NCBI GenBank assembly: GCA_029065825.1
Contig: JAIEHQ010000066.1
Span: 1 to 41,424, forward strand
Direction of reading: 5' to 3'
Source of the DNA: Alistipes sp.
GTDB lineage: Bacteria; Bacteroidota; Bacteroidia; Bacteroidales; Rikenellaceae
Length of the DNA: 41,424 bases
A model generated the notes under the pieces. It ran no database searches. It was given only the letters and a program-made list of their open reading frames with translations, and had not been told where the DNA came from. Every line of letters starts with the position of its first letter. Position 1 is the first letter of the stretch. Made by a program: the position numbers and the translations under genes. Below are positions 25,500 to 36,100 of this stretch, piece after piece.

Positions 25500-27545
25500 T
25501 TAGAAATACTTGCCGCGCAAGTCCTCGATCTCGGCCAGCTCGACGATCGCCGGAGCCAGCTGACGGGCCACCACGCCCTGCGCCTCGGCCTCGAGACGCA
25601 CCTTCTCCTCGGCGGCACTCTGACCGCCCTCGTTCTCGATCTCCGTAACCTCGAAGACATAGACACCGTTCTCGCCCTTGACCGGCTCGGAAAGCACTCC
25701 GGTGCGCTCGGTCGTCGCAACGGCACCGATCACACGCGGCTCGATACCCATGTTGCGCACTATGAACGAATTGTAACGCAGCCCGTCGAAGGGGAAAATA
25801 TCCGAGCCGACCGTACCCAGCGACTGCGCCACCTCTTCGAGCGTGGTGCCGGCACCCTGCATCCGGGCGGCCAGATCGTCGCGTTTCTTGTTGCGGACAA
25901 GTATCTTGCGGATGTTCTCCTCGACATTCTTCAGAGCGACATGCTCGTTATCGTCGATCGCCGTTACCACTGCGACGACATAATCGCTGCCCGTATTGAA
26001 AATCTCCGACATCTCGCCGACCTTCGCACCGTAGGCCCAGCGGACCAGCTCGCGCGAATTATCCACACCGCGCAGCGTGCAATCGCCCTGCGAGAGCGTC
26101 GCGACACGCGGGGTAACGGCCGCAGCATTCGCCGCTTCGTTGAAGGCATCGATCGATCCCCGGCCATCGACGGCAAAGAGGCTCGCGGCATTGTGGATCG
26201 AACGACGCGTAGCCGACGACGGCTCGACCGGATAGGTAATGGTCGCGATGCGCATGTGTTTCGAAGCGTTGTCCGCACGGTAGATCTGGAGCAGCTGCAC
26301 CGCATCGCCTGCCGCGATCTTCAACAGATCGCCCTTCTTGGCCGTAGCCAGCGGTGCGGAGAACTCGTCGGGGAAAGCCGAGAAAGGCATCACGCCCGCA
26401 TCGCCGCCGTTCGCCGCCGTCTGAGCCAGCGAATACCGCTCGGCCAGCGCCGCGAAGTCGGCACCGCCGCGAAGCAGCGTCATCAGACTGTCGGCCAAAT
26501 CGTTCTGAGTATAGGGGAGTACGATATGACGCAGGCCGATCGAGTCGGGAGCCGATTTGAACTCCACCACACGCGACATGACCCAGTTGTCGTTCTGCAG
26601 CACGGGACCGTACTGGTTGCCGGCAGCCAGAATCTCGCCCTGATCGCCGAGCAGCTGTCCGGGAGCGATGTAGTTATCGCTGACCTTGCCGTAACGGTTG
26701 TTGCGGGCGAAGGCGCGCACGTCCTCCGCAGCGGCGAACGCATCGCCCACCTCGCGAACGGTCTGCTCCAGCGCGGCACGGTCCTCATCGCTCGCAGCGA
26801 CCTCGAAGACCACGTACGAGAGCGTACGCAGGGGACGCTGCTCGAAGCGTGCCTTATGCGAGTCGTAGTAGGCACGGATCTCGGCATCCGATACGGTGTA
26901 GAGCGAATCGGGCATCTCGGAGAAACGCTTGCCGGTCCATCGTCCGCCGAAGGTCTTGCCGGAGGTGGCTACCGCCTGATTTACCTCCAGGCTGTTGGCA
27001 TACACGCCCGCATCGACCAGTGCACCGTATTTGCTGGCCTGACGCTCCTGCATGGCACGCGACACCACCGAAGCCCACAGATACTGCAGCTGAGGATCGG
27101 TGCCCGCACGGTTCAGGAACTCGCCGACGGCCTCCACATCGTAAAGGCCCGTTCTGGGATCGGTAAAAAGCGAAGCCATGACCGACGAATAGTAGTCGCC
27201 GTTGATCAGTCCTGCACGCTCCGCATCGGTAACCCGGATGCCCATCTTCTCGAAGCCGGGCAGGTAAACATGGCGGGAGATCAGTCCCTCCCAGGCCATC
27301 TCGGCGAGCTGGTCCATCTGCTGCTCGTCCGCCTCCGACGCATTGGTCTGCGTCTTCACGTCGTTATAAAGCTCGAAATACTCGGAATACTTGATCTTCG
27401 TACCGTCGATCACGCCCACTTTGGGGTCGTTCCCCGAGAATCCCATCTCGGTTTTCAGCGAGAGAATGAATGCCAGCAGTGCGAATGCGATGATGATCGA
27501 CAAAACCACACCGAATCTGGTTCGTAAGGTGTTTAAACTTGCCAT
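25500..27545 (-). CDS. ppiD: PpiD/SurA-N domain peptidylprolyl isomerase chaperone
   Basis: Start moved to ATG 27545 (MASLNTLRTRFG); N-terminal TM, SurA-N-like domain, parvulin RHIV...ADFAALAERYS...GGDAG; ends IEDLRGKYF. Confidence 0.85.
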   Translation of the reverse strand: MASLNTLRTRFGVVLSIIIAFALLAFILSLKTEMGFSGNDPKVGVIDGTKIKYSEYFELYNDVKTQTNASEADEQQMDQLAEMAWEGLISRHVYLPGFEKMGIRVTDAERAGLINGDYYSSVMASLFTDPRTGLYDVEAVGEFLNRAGTDPQLQYLWASVVSRAMQERQASKYGALVDAGVYANSLEVNQAVATSGKTFGGRWTGKRFSEMPDSLYTVSDAEIRAYYDSHKARFEQRPLRTLSYVVFEVAASDEDRAALEQTVREVGDAFAAAEDVRAFARNNRYGKVSDNYIAPGQLLGDQGEILAAGNQYGPVLQNDNWVMSRVVEFKSAPDSIGLRHIVLPYTQNDLADSLMTLLRGGADFAALAERYSLAQTAANGGDAGVMPFSAFPDEFSAPLATAKKGDLLKIAAGDAVQLLQIYRADNASKHMRIATITYPVEPSSATRRSIHNAASLFAVDGRGSIDAFNEAANAAAVTPRVATLSQGDCTLRGVDNSRELVRWAYGAKVGEMSEIFNTGSDYVVAVVTAIDDNEHVALKNVEENIRKILVRNKKRDDLAARMQGAGTTLEEVAQSLGTVGSDIFPFDGLRYNSFIVRNMGIEPRVIGAVATTERTGVLSEPVKGENGVYVFEVTEIENEGGQSAAEEKVRLEAEAQGVVARQLAPAIVELAEIEDLRGKYF

Positions 27546-27586
27546 AGAAACTATTTTTAATTTTTCATTGTTTCGAATAGAGCGTT

Positions 27587-27594
27587 CAAAGATA
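27587..27594 (-). promoter_or_regulatory. -7 element for ppiD-like gene
   Basis: Plus-strand CAAAGATA reads TATCTTTG on minus, in an AT-rich spacer. Confidence 0.65.
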
Positions 27595-27633
27595 GTAATA
27601 TATTCCGAGAAAAAGGAATGACGCACCAAAAAA

Positions 27634-28899
27634 TCACGATCGTTTTACCCGGGCCAGCTCCAGGCGCGAGCGGGTGCGGCGCAGGATCTTTATCTCCAGA
27701 TTCTCCAGCCGCACGGTCTCGCCTGCCGCAGGAAGTCCCTCGTAACGGAAAATGACATATCCGGCCAGTGTCTCGTACTCGTCGCTTTCGGGGATCCCCA
27801 GTCCGTACTTTTCGTTCAGGTACTCCACCTCGAGCCGGCACGAGAAGACGTATTCCCCCTCGCCGACCTGTTTTTCCGTCAGTTCGGGCACGTCGTGCTC
27901 GTCCTCGATCTCGCCGAAGATCTGTTCGAGAATGTCCTCCAGGGAGATGATGCCCGCCGTGCCGCCGAACTCGTCGATTACCACCGCGATGTTGCTCTTG
28001 TGACGGATCAGGGTCTGCATCAGGGCCTGCAGCGGCATCGTCTCCGGGACGAACTGCACCTGCATGAGCACCTGTTCGATCGACTCGGGGCGGCGGAAGA
28101 GCGATTTCGAATTGACGTAGCCGATGATGTTGTCCACACTGCCCCGCCAGACGAAGATACGCGAATACTTGCTCTCGACGAAGCGCTCGGCCAGGGCCTC
28201 GATCGACGTATCGTCGATATCGACCGCCTCCATATCGACGCGCGGCACCATGCAGTCGCGCACCCGCAGGTCGGCGAAATCGAGCGCGTTGCGGAACAGC
28301 TTGATCTCGTTGTCCTCCGCCTCGTGCGCCGCCTCAGCCTGCCCGTTCTCCAGCAGCCCGGCCAGGTCCTCCCGGCTGAAAGCGGTCTCCACCGCCGGCG
28401 CGAGGGAGCGGTGGCCCGACAGCCACAGGATGGCCTGGGAGAGCCACGTGGTCAGCCGGGCGATCGGAAACAGCAGCAGGTAGAAAGCGTAGATTACCGG
28501 CGCGAAGAGCCGATAGTAGAAGTTGGGGCTGTTGCGGAACACCGACTTGGGCAAGAACTCCGCCACGAAGATGATGACGAGCGTCGAGATGCCCGTCTCC
28601 AGCGCCACCGACCCCTCTGCCGCCACCCGGGTCCAGCCGAGCAGCGCGGCCAGGCCGCGCAGGAGCAGCGACATGTAGAGCGAATAGACGACCAGCGCGA
28701 TGTTGTTGCCCACCAGAATGGTCGTGATGTACTGACCGGGATGGCGGGCGAAAATGTCTGCGATGAAATCGAACATGCGGTGCTGCTTGCGGTCGATCTC
28801 CAGCTTCAGGCGGTTCTTGCTGGTAAAAGCGATCTCCATGCCTGAGAAAAAGGCCGAAAGCAGCAGCATCACGAGGATGACGACGAGCGAAGCGATCAT
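27634..28899 (-). CDS. CNNM/CBS/CorC-domain ('hemolysin family') transporter
   Basis: LSAFFSGMEIAF, TILVGNN, AEFLPK, CBS pair (MVPRVDM, YSRI, VIDEFGGTAG, LEDILEQIFGEIEDEHD), CorC YETLAG. Confidence 0.93.
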   Translation of the reverse strand: MIASLVVILVMLLLSAFFSGMEIAFTSKNRLKLEIDRKQHRMFDFIADIFARHPGQYITTILVGNNIALVVYSLYMSLLLRGLAALLGWTRVAAEGSVALETGISTLVIIFVAEFLPKSVFRNSPNFYYRLFAPVIYAFYLLLFPIARLTTWLSQAILWLSGHRSLAPAVETAFSREDLAGLLENGQAEAAHEAEDNEIKLFRNALDFADLRVRDCMVPRVDMEAVDIDDTSIEALAERFVESKYSRIFVWRGSVDNIIGYVNSKSLFRRPESIEQVLMQVQFVPETMPLQALMQTLIRHKSNIAVVIDEFGGTAGIISLEDILEQIFGEIEDEHDVPELTEKQVGEGEYVFSCRLEVEYLNEKYGLGIPESDEYETLAGYVIFRYEGLPAAGETVRLENLEIKILRRTRSRLELARVKRS

Positions 28900-28911
28900 G
28901 CGAAAACGATA

Positions 28912-29673
28912 TTATAACTTCTTCCGAATCTCCTTGGCTTCGGGACGGCGACGCAGCGGCTGCGGCTTGTCATCGCTCCGGGCGGCCGGCGGGTTCGGCT
29001 TGCCGCCCGCGTTCCGGAGCCGCTCCTTGCGGTCGCTCTCCTGCGCCTTCCGCACCGAATCCCGCCGCGCGGACTCCCGCCGGGCCGAATCGCTCTGCTG
29101 CGTCGGCTCGACATTGAGCAGCATGCGCCCCTTGATCTTGCGGAAGCTCAGCTCCCGGAAACGATCGTCCGACTCGAAGCCCTCCACCACATAGGAGCCG
29201 CGCCCGCCCTCCTCGACGATGCGCGTATCGACATTGGACCACACTCGTCCGGTCTTCTCGTTCCAGAAAAGCTGCTGGGTATAGACCTCCCGGCCGTCGC
29301 TCTTCTTGATCACGACATTGCCTTTGGCCTCCCACAGCCGGCGCTTCTCGTAATGGATCGCATAATTGGCCGTCAGGGTCACATCGACGCCACCGACCGA
29401 GTCGCTTCGGTAGGTTACCACATCGACCCCGCGGCGGAACTCCCGATACGGCTCGCGGGCGAGGGTGTAACTCTCCGACAGCGGGGTCTTGACCACGTAG
29501 CGGAGCCGGCCGTTCTCCGTCTCCGAGATGGTCAGATCCTCGCTGTAGTCGGTCATCAGACTCTCGTCGTCGTGCTCCGCTTCGGCGGGTTTGCTCCCGC
29601 AGGAAAACAAGAAGATAGCACTTCCCGTCAGAAGAAGTGCTATCGGAATATGTCGGAACGTACTGCGCAGCAT
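28912..29673 (-). CDS. lptC: LPS export protein LptC (Bacteroidota type)
   Basis: Lipoprotein-like signal LFSC; SETENG...EF.RG....LTANYA...LWEAKGNVV...TQQLFWNE...GFESD; located between the TPR and CNNM genes. Confidence 0.8.
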   Translation of the reverse strand: MLRSTFRHIPIALLLTGSAIFLFSCGSKPAEAEHDDESLMTDYSEDLTISETENGRLRYVVKTPLSESYTLAREPYREFRRGVDVVTYRSDSVGGVDVTLTANYAIHYEKRRLWEAKGNVVIKKSDGREVYTQQLFWNEKTGRVWSNVDTRIVEEGGRGSYVVEGFESDDRFRELSFRKIKGRMLLNVEPTQQSDSARRESARRDSVRKAQESDRKERLRNAGGKPNPPAARSDDKPQPLRRRPEAKEIRKKL

Positions 29674-29688
29674 CGTACCTGCCGGAAA

Positions 29689-31032
29689 TTAGCGGGGACG
29701 CACCGTCGTCGAAACGCCCTTGGCAGGACCGCTGCCCAGCGTATAGCGGGCACCCTCCATCAGCTCGCGGAAGAAGCACTCCTCCGCAGTCGGGAATCCC
29801 CGGCGGTAGTTGGCCATCGCGTCGCGGGCCATGCCGCCGTAGTCGGGATCGTCGGCGAGCAGGTTGGCCGCCTGCGCCATCGTATCGTAAGCCACCCAGA
29901 AGATCGCCTGGGCATCCAGCCCCTGAAGCGAACCGGCCGAAGCGGCATAAGCCTGAGCCAGACAGAAGTAAGCCCGGCCATTCTCCGGATTGAGGCTCCG
30001 GGCCTCGGCCGCTGCCGAAGCCGCTGCCGAAGCATGTCCGGCCGCCAGCTCGACCATGCTCAGACGCACCAGCAAGGCCCCTTTCTGACCGGCATCCGGC
30101 TCCACGCCGATCGCCTCACGCAGGTAGGTCGCAGCCTTGGCGTAGTCGCCGGCCTCCTGAAAGCCCTGCGCCAGCATCATCGCCGTCTGAGCCGAAGGAT
30201 CCACGGCGTAATATCTCTCGGCGATCTCCAGGAAGTAGGGCGAGTCGCACTTCGAGCGCGACATCAGACCGACGGTCTGACGCAGCAGATCCGTATTGTC
30301 GGGATCGGCCTCGATACGCGGACGGAACAGCTTCTCCAGATTCTCGCAGTTGGCCGCACCGCTCGAAGCGAAGCAGGCATCGAACTGTTTGCGGCTCTCC
30401 TGCACGGCAGCCTCCTCGCCGTCGAAGACGGGAGCCAGACGTTCGTACTGGGCCAGCACCTCCTCGGGATAGATATCCCCGGCGGCATAGTCGTCGCAGA
30501 GGTTCTTGAAGTAGATCAGCGCAACGTCCTTCAGATCCTTGTAGCCGCCGGCCATGCCCGCCTCGATCGCCTCCTCGTACATGCGGCGCACGCCTTCGCG
30601 GTCGCCCGGATTGAAGAGCAGGTACTCGCGCGCCTTGCGGTCGAGCACATAGGCCTTGCCGTAGTTACGGCTGTGGGGGAAGTACTGCACGCGCAGATCG
30701 TAGATCGTCATCAGCGAGTCGAGCATCACCTGCTTCTCCTCCAGCGTCTTGGCGCGCTGCACCTTGCCCGAATAGACCTGGGCGCCCCGGATGAAGGTGG
30801 CCTCCGAAGCCGTAGGCGCCTGCTCGGCCAGCGTGCGGAAATACCCTGCCGCCGCATCGTAGTCCCGGGCGGCGACCGCCTCCTTGAGCAGGTTGCTCGT
30901 CAAAATGTTCTCCTTACGAAGCTCCGGCGTATCGCCCCAGGGCGCATAGCGGGGATCGCTGAAATCCTGGGCCGTCGCGGCCGTTGCAACGAAAGCCATC
31001 GCCGCCGACAGCAAAATCTTCACTCGATTCAT
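29689..31032 (-). CDS. Secreted tetratricopeptide-repeat protein
   Basis: Signal peptide ATA-Q; helical repeats (DYAKAATYLREAI, NPENGRAYFCLAQAYA); ends FPTAEECFF...TTVR. Confidence 0.85.
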   Translation of the reverse strand: MNRVKILLSAAMAFVATAATAQDFSDPRYAPWGDTPELRKENILTSNLLKEAVAARDYDAAAGYFRTLAEQAPTASEATFIRGAQVYSGKVQRAKTLEEKQVMLDSLMTIYDLRVQYFPHSRNYGKAYVLDRKAREYLLFNPGDREGVRRMYEEAIEAGMAGGYKDLKDVALIYFKNLCDDYAAGDIYPEEVLAQYERLAPVFDGEEAAVQESRKQFDACFASSGAANCENLEKLFRPRIEADPDNTDLLRQTVGLMSRSKCDSPYFLEIAERYYAVDPSAQTAMMLAQGFQEAGDYAKAATYLREAIGVEPDAGQKGALLVRLSMVELAAGHASAAASAAAEARSLNPENGRAYFCLAQAYAASAGSLQGLDAQAIFWVAYDTMAQAANLLADDPDYGGMARDAMANYRRGFPTAEECFFRELMEGARYTLGSGPAKGVSTTVRPR

Positions 31033-31078
31033 CTCTTGATATTTTTCTAAATTAATGATTTCCTTAACGTCATCCGCA

Positions 31079-32434
31079 TCAATCGTACTTCGGCCGCACG
31101 AACCAGTAGTCGCCGAAGAGGGTCACGCCCACCGCGAATTTGAAATAGGTCTGGCGCACCATCCCGATCTGTTCGTTGATCCGGTCGAAGCCGCCCCTGC
31201 GGCCCACCTCAACACCCAGATTGACCGACGAGGCACCCAGCACGCTGCCCAAAGTCCGCAGCGGGATGCCGATACCCAGCGTCACGGCGTACTCATCGAC
31301 CCCTACCCCGCCGAAAGACTGGCAGTAGCTGCCGTAGCGCACGCCGGCCCGGTAGGACCATCGCTTCAGCACGTTGCGCACGTCGTTGCGGTTCGGGGTA
31401 TATTCGAATCCGAGCTTGACCGCGTGGGTATTGCGGTAGGTCACGTCGAATCCGGCGGAGGAGCGCTCCACCAGGCGGGAGTTGCCGCTGCGCCAGTCGC
31501 AATAGGTGTAATCGGCACCGAGCGACAGCCGCAGGGTCTGGTAATAGACACCCGCCGTGATCTGGTGCGGCAGCTTCAGAGCCAGCCGCTCCGTATCGTC
31601 GCCGGCCACCGACGTGAAAACATCGCCGGTTTTTACCGTCGTATTGACTTCGGGCGAGAGATCGCCGCCGATATCGTAGGCCGCACCGAGGGTCAGATTG
31701 CGCTTGCGGTCGCTGATCGGCGACCACTGAATGCCCACCTGGGCCTGGAAGCGGGAGATGCTGTAGGTCTCCACGCCCGTCGCGTCGGTAATGAGTCCGC
31801 CGCCGGTAATGTTCTCCAGCACGGCGGTCCGGTAGGTGCGCTGTATGTCGCCCCAGTAATATTTGGCCGCAGCACCGATCGAGAAGTTCTTGAAGACCTC
31901 CCAGCCCATGCCGAGCTTGACCTCAGTCACGTCGCCGTCGCCCTCCCACTGATACTGGACGCGGCCGATATTTCCCCAGATCTGGTCGTCCTCGACATCC
32001 TGCTTCATCCGGTAGCCCACGCTGCTGTAGGGGGTCAGACTGAAACCCAACCCCAGACGCTTGGCCACCGGCAACTGGAAGGCTATGTCGTGGAAATTGA
32101 CCGAATTATAGCTGGTACGCAGCGTCCGGTCGCCGTATTTCTGGGCATTGTAGAAATTCTGTCCCTCCACTCCGAAGTCGATCAGGAACGAATGCGGACG
32201 CACGGCGCTGTAAGCCGCAGGATTGAGCAGATTGACCACTCCCGTATGGCGCATCGCCACACCCACGCCGCCCATCGAACGGGACTGCAGCGTTCCGGGG
32301 GTATGCAGTTCGCCCAGTCCGTACATGGAATAGGGCGAAAAAGCATTGATACTGCTCGACTGTCCCCAGGCTGCAACAGGCAGGACGACAGCCGATAAGA
32401 GGGCCATTTTAACTACGGCTTTCTTCACTTGCAT
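31079..32434 (-). CDS. Outer-membrane beta-barrel protein, OmpP1/FadL-like
   Basis: Signal peptide; SPYSMYGLGE..SMGGVG..NPAAYS; alternating beta strands; C-terminal WFVRPKYD. Overlaps the coaX stop by 26 nt. Confidence 0.82.
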   Translation of the reverse strand: MQVKKAVVKMALLSAVVLPVAAWGQSSSINAFSPYSMYGLGELHTPGTLQSRSMGGVGVAMRHTGVVNLLNPAAYSAVRPHSFLIDFGVEGQNFYNAQKYGDRTLRTSYNSVNFHDIAFQLPVAKRLGLGFSLTPYSSVGYRMKQDVEDDQIWGNIGRVQYQWEGDGDVTEVKLGMGWEVFKNFSIGAAAKYYWGDIQRTYRTAVLENITGGGLITDATGVETYSISRFQAQVGIQWSPISDRKRNLTLGAAYDIGGDLSPEVNTTVKTGDVFTSVAGDDTERLALKLPHQITAGVYYQTLRLSLGADYTYCDWRSGNSRLVERSSAGFDVTYRNTHAVKLGFEYTPNRNDVRNVLKRWSYRAGVRYGSYCQSFGGVGVDEYAVTLGIGIPLRTLGSVLGASSVNLGVEVGRRGGFDRINEQIGMVRQTYFKFAVGVTLFGDYWFVRPKYD

Positions 32435-33155
32435 TATACTCTAAAATTCGGTTCAGGCCCCGAAAGACCAAATCACGATGTGCAAATATCGTATTTTTAA
32501 TTCTTTTCACAAAGAATTTTGCGTCTCCGCCGGTAAAAATAATGGTGCGCGCGGAGGAGGATTCCGACAGGCGGGCGATGTATCCTTCGATCTCGAAAGC
32601 GATTCCGTTCATCACGCCGCAGCGGATGGCCTGCTCGGTGGTGCGCCCCAGCAGCGCCCCTTCGTCGCCCGCAGCGCACAGGGGAAGCGCCGCCGTGCGG
32701 TCGTGCAGCGCCCGGAAGCGCATCTCCACGCCGGGCGAGATATTGCCGCTCCGGAATATCCCGGGGGCATCGATGCGGTCGATGGTAATCGCCGTGCCGA
32801 AGTCGATCACGAGCAGGTCGCGCCCCGGGTAGAGCGCCGCCGCCCCCACCGCCGCCGCCAGCCGGTCCTCGCCCAGCGTCCGGGGGGTGGCGTAGTCGTT
32901 TTCCAGAGGCAGGGGCAGCTCCGGCGAAAGCCGCAGGCAGTGTCCGATGCGGCTGCTGAGCAGCTCCACGGTCTGCTCCACCGCACCGCGCGTCGAACAG
33001 ACGATCGAACGGCCGATCGCCGGACGGGCGGCGAGCAGCGCGTCGAGTTCCGGCTCCCCGAAGCGCTCCACGCACGCCTCCGCGACAAGCTCCCCGCGAT
33101 CGAAGACGGCATACTTGACGCGCGTATTCCCCATGTCGATGGTCAGATGTTCCAT
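32409..33155 (-). CDS. coaX: Type III pantothenate kinase
   Basis: Start moved to ATG 33155; IDMGNTRVK, TLGEDR, IDFGTAIT, ISPG, TGGDA. Confidence 0.95.
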   Translation of the reverse strand: MEHLTIDMGNTRVKYAVFDRGELVAEACVERFGEPELDALLAARPAIGRSIVCSTRGAVEQTVELLSSRIGHCLRLSPELPLPLENDYATPRTLGEDRLAAAVGAAALYPGRDLLVIDFGTAITIDRIDAPGIFRSGNISPGVEMRFRALHDRTAALPLCAAGDEGALLGRTTEQAIRCGVMNGIAFEIEGYIARLSESSSARTIIFTGGDAKFFVKRIKNTIFAHRDLVFRGLNRILEYNASEESRS

Positions 33156-33171
33156 GCAATTCCTCCCTCGT

Positions 33172-36100
33172 TTACAGTTCCCGGAGCGTCCGGCACGCCT
33201 CCGAAACGTTTCCGACACCTCTAACGGTCATCGCCAGCCGATTATTGTGCTGCTTGAGCACGAAGCGGTCGGGACGCTGCGTCACCTTGCGCAGCAGCTC
33301 CATGAAGACCTCGCTCTTGTAGTAGGGCGAACGGTCGTCGCCCACGAACTGCACGATCATCAGTCCGTTCTTGACCTTCACGCGCTCCATGCCCAGGCGC
33401 ACCGCCTCCCGGCGCAGGCGCACCGCGTCGAGCAGCTGGACGGCCGCCGGGGGCAGCGGACCGAAGCGATCGACCAACTTGGCGGCGAAAGCTTCCAGCC
33501 CCGCCTCGTCGCGCGTGGCATCCAGCTCGCGGTACAGACGCAGCTTCTCGGCCGGCTGCCGGACATAGGAGTCGGGCAGTTCGGCCTCCGCGTCGATCTC
33601 GATCACGCTGTCCGAGATGTAGCTCATCTTGTCCATCACACCCTGCTCGGCATCGCCCATGCCGGGCATCTCGAGCCCCTCGGCCCGCAGCTCGGCGATG
33701 GCCTCCTGCATGATTTTCTGATAGGTCTCGAATCCGATGTCGGCGATGAATCCGCTCTGCTCGGCCCCCAGCAGGTTGCCCGCGCCCCGGATGTCGAGGT
33801 CCTGCATGGCGATGTTGAAGCCCGAACCGAGGTCGGAGAACTCCTCGATGGCCCGCAACCGCCGCCGGGCATCGGAGGTCAGCAACTCGTCGCCGGGCGA
33901 GAGCAGGTAGCAGTAGCCACGCTGGCTGCCGCGCCCCACGCGGCCGCGCAGCTGGTGCAGGTCGCTCAGGCCGTAGTTCTGCGCATCGTCGATGATGATG
34001 GTGTTGGCATTGGGAACGTCGATGCCGTTCTCGACGATCGTGGTGGAAATCAGCACGTCGAACTCCCCGTATATGAAGTCCATGACCAGCTTTTCGAGCT
34101 GTTCGGCCGGCATCTTGCCGTGGCCCGTCGCCACGCGCGCGCCGGGGCAGAGGCGGGTAATCATCCCCTGCAGCGCGTGCAGGTCATCGACCCGGTTGTG
34201 GACGAAATAGACCTGGCCGCCGCGCGCCAGCTCGGCATTGACCGCATCGCGCACCAGCTCCTCCGAGAAGACGTGCGACTCGGTGACGATCGGCTGGCGG
34301 TTGGGCGGCGGCGTGGCGATGACCGACAGGTCGCGCGACCCCATGAGCGAGAACTGCAGGGTGCGGGGAATGGGCGTGGCCGTAAGGGTCAGCGTATCGA
34401 CGCTCACGCTCAGCTGCGTGAGCTTCTCCTTGGCCGCCACGCCGAACTTCTGCTCCTCGTCGATGATGAGCAGCCCTAGATCGTGGAAGCGCACCTGCTT
34501 GCCCAGGATCTTGTGGGTGCCGATCAGGATGTCGATGCGCCCCTCGGCCAGCTCCGCGAGGATGCGGGCGGTCTCTTTCGACGACTTGGTGCGGTTGAGG
34601 TACTCCACCTTGACGGGGAAATCCCTCAGCCGCTGCATGAAGGAGCGGTAGTGCTGCAGGGCGAGGATCGTGGTCGGCACCAGCACCGCCACCTGCTTGC
34701 CGTCGGTCGCGGCCTTGAACGCCGCGCGGATCGCCACCTCGGTCTTGCCGAAGCCCACGTCGCCGCAGACCAGGCGGTCCATCGGCTCGTCGGACTCCAT
34801 GTCGCGCTTGACGGCCTGCGTCGCACTCTGCTGATCGGGCGTGTCCTCCCACATGAACGAGGCTTCGAGCTGCTGCTGCAGGTAACCGTCGGGCGAGAAG
34901 GCGAACCCCTTGCTCGCCTTGCGCTTGGCGTAGAGGGCGATCAGCTCGCGCGAAATATCCTTGACGGCCTTCTTGGTCGCCGTCTTGAGCTTCTGCCAGG
35001 CACCGTTGCCCAGCTTGTAGATCTTCGGCGGCTCCCCCTCGCCGCTCTTGTAGCGCGAAATGCGGTGGAGCGCGTGGACATGCACGAAGAGTACGTCGTT
35101 GTCCTTATAGACGAGCTTGATCGCTTCGTGCACCTTGCCGTTCTCGTTGATCTTGACCAGCCCCCCGAAGCGCCCCACGCCGTGATCGATGTGGACCACG
35201 TAGTCGCCCGGCCGCAACTGGTTCAGCTCCGCGACGGTCATCTGCTCGTCGCGCTTGATCTCCCCGTTGATGCGGTAGCGCTGGTAGCGGTCGAAGATCT
35301 GGTGGTCGGTATAGAAACAGCTCTTCAGGTCGTGATCGACGAACCCTTCGTGAAGCGTCAGCGCCAGCGGCTCGATCCGGACCTCCCGGCGTCCCGACTG
35401 ATAGAAGATGTTCTCGAGCCGCTCCAGCTGCGCCCTGTTTTCCGACAGGACATAGGTTTTGTAGCCCCGCTGCGCCATCGAGGTCATATCGTCGGCCAGC
35501 AGCTCGAAGTTCTTGTTGAACTTCGGCTGGGGTGCCGTCCGGAACAGCACCGCGCCATCGGCAGGCCGCTCCCGCAGGCTGTCGCGCAGCGAGAAGAGAC
35601 GCATCCCCTCCATGTCGCGCAGCAGCGTGTTGCGGCTGGCCAGGTAGCGGTCGATCTCGGCCGGCTCCTCCATCTCGGCGAGCGCCTTGCGACGCAGGTC
35701 ATTGACGCGCCGCAGGGCATAGTCGGGATCGAAGAACCAGAAGAGACCGTCCTCGCCGGCGAACGCGGGCAGCGTGATGCGCTCCTCGGCGAATCCGTTC
35801 AGGTTGGGCAGCACCTCCACCCGGTCGAGCCGCTCGGAGGAGAGCTGGCTGGAGATCTCGAAGCGGCGGATCGAATCGACCGTATCGCCGAAGAAATCGA
35901 GCCGGAAAGGTTTGCTCTCCGAAAAGGAGAAGAGGTCGAAGATACCGCCCCGGATCGAATACTGCCCCGGCTCGTAAACGAAGTCCACACGGGAGAATCC
36001 CATCTCGATCAGGCGCTGCTCCAGCGCATCGGGAGCCAGCTGGTCGCCCACGCCGACCCGCACCGTGCGGCGGCGCATCGCATCGGGATCGGCCACCCGC

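Noticed and set aside
27634-28899. Hemolysin toxin
   Set aside because: CNNM/CBS/CorC architecture indicates a divalent-cation transporter family; the name is historical.
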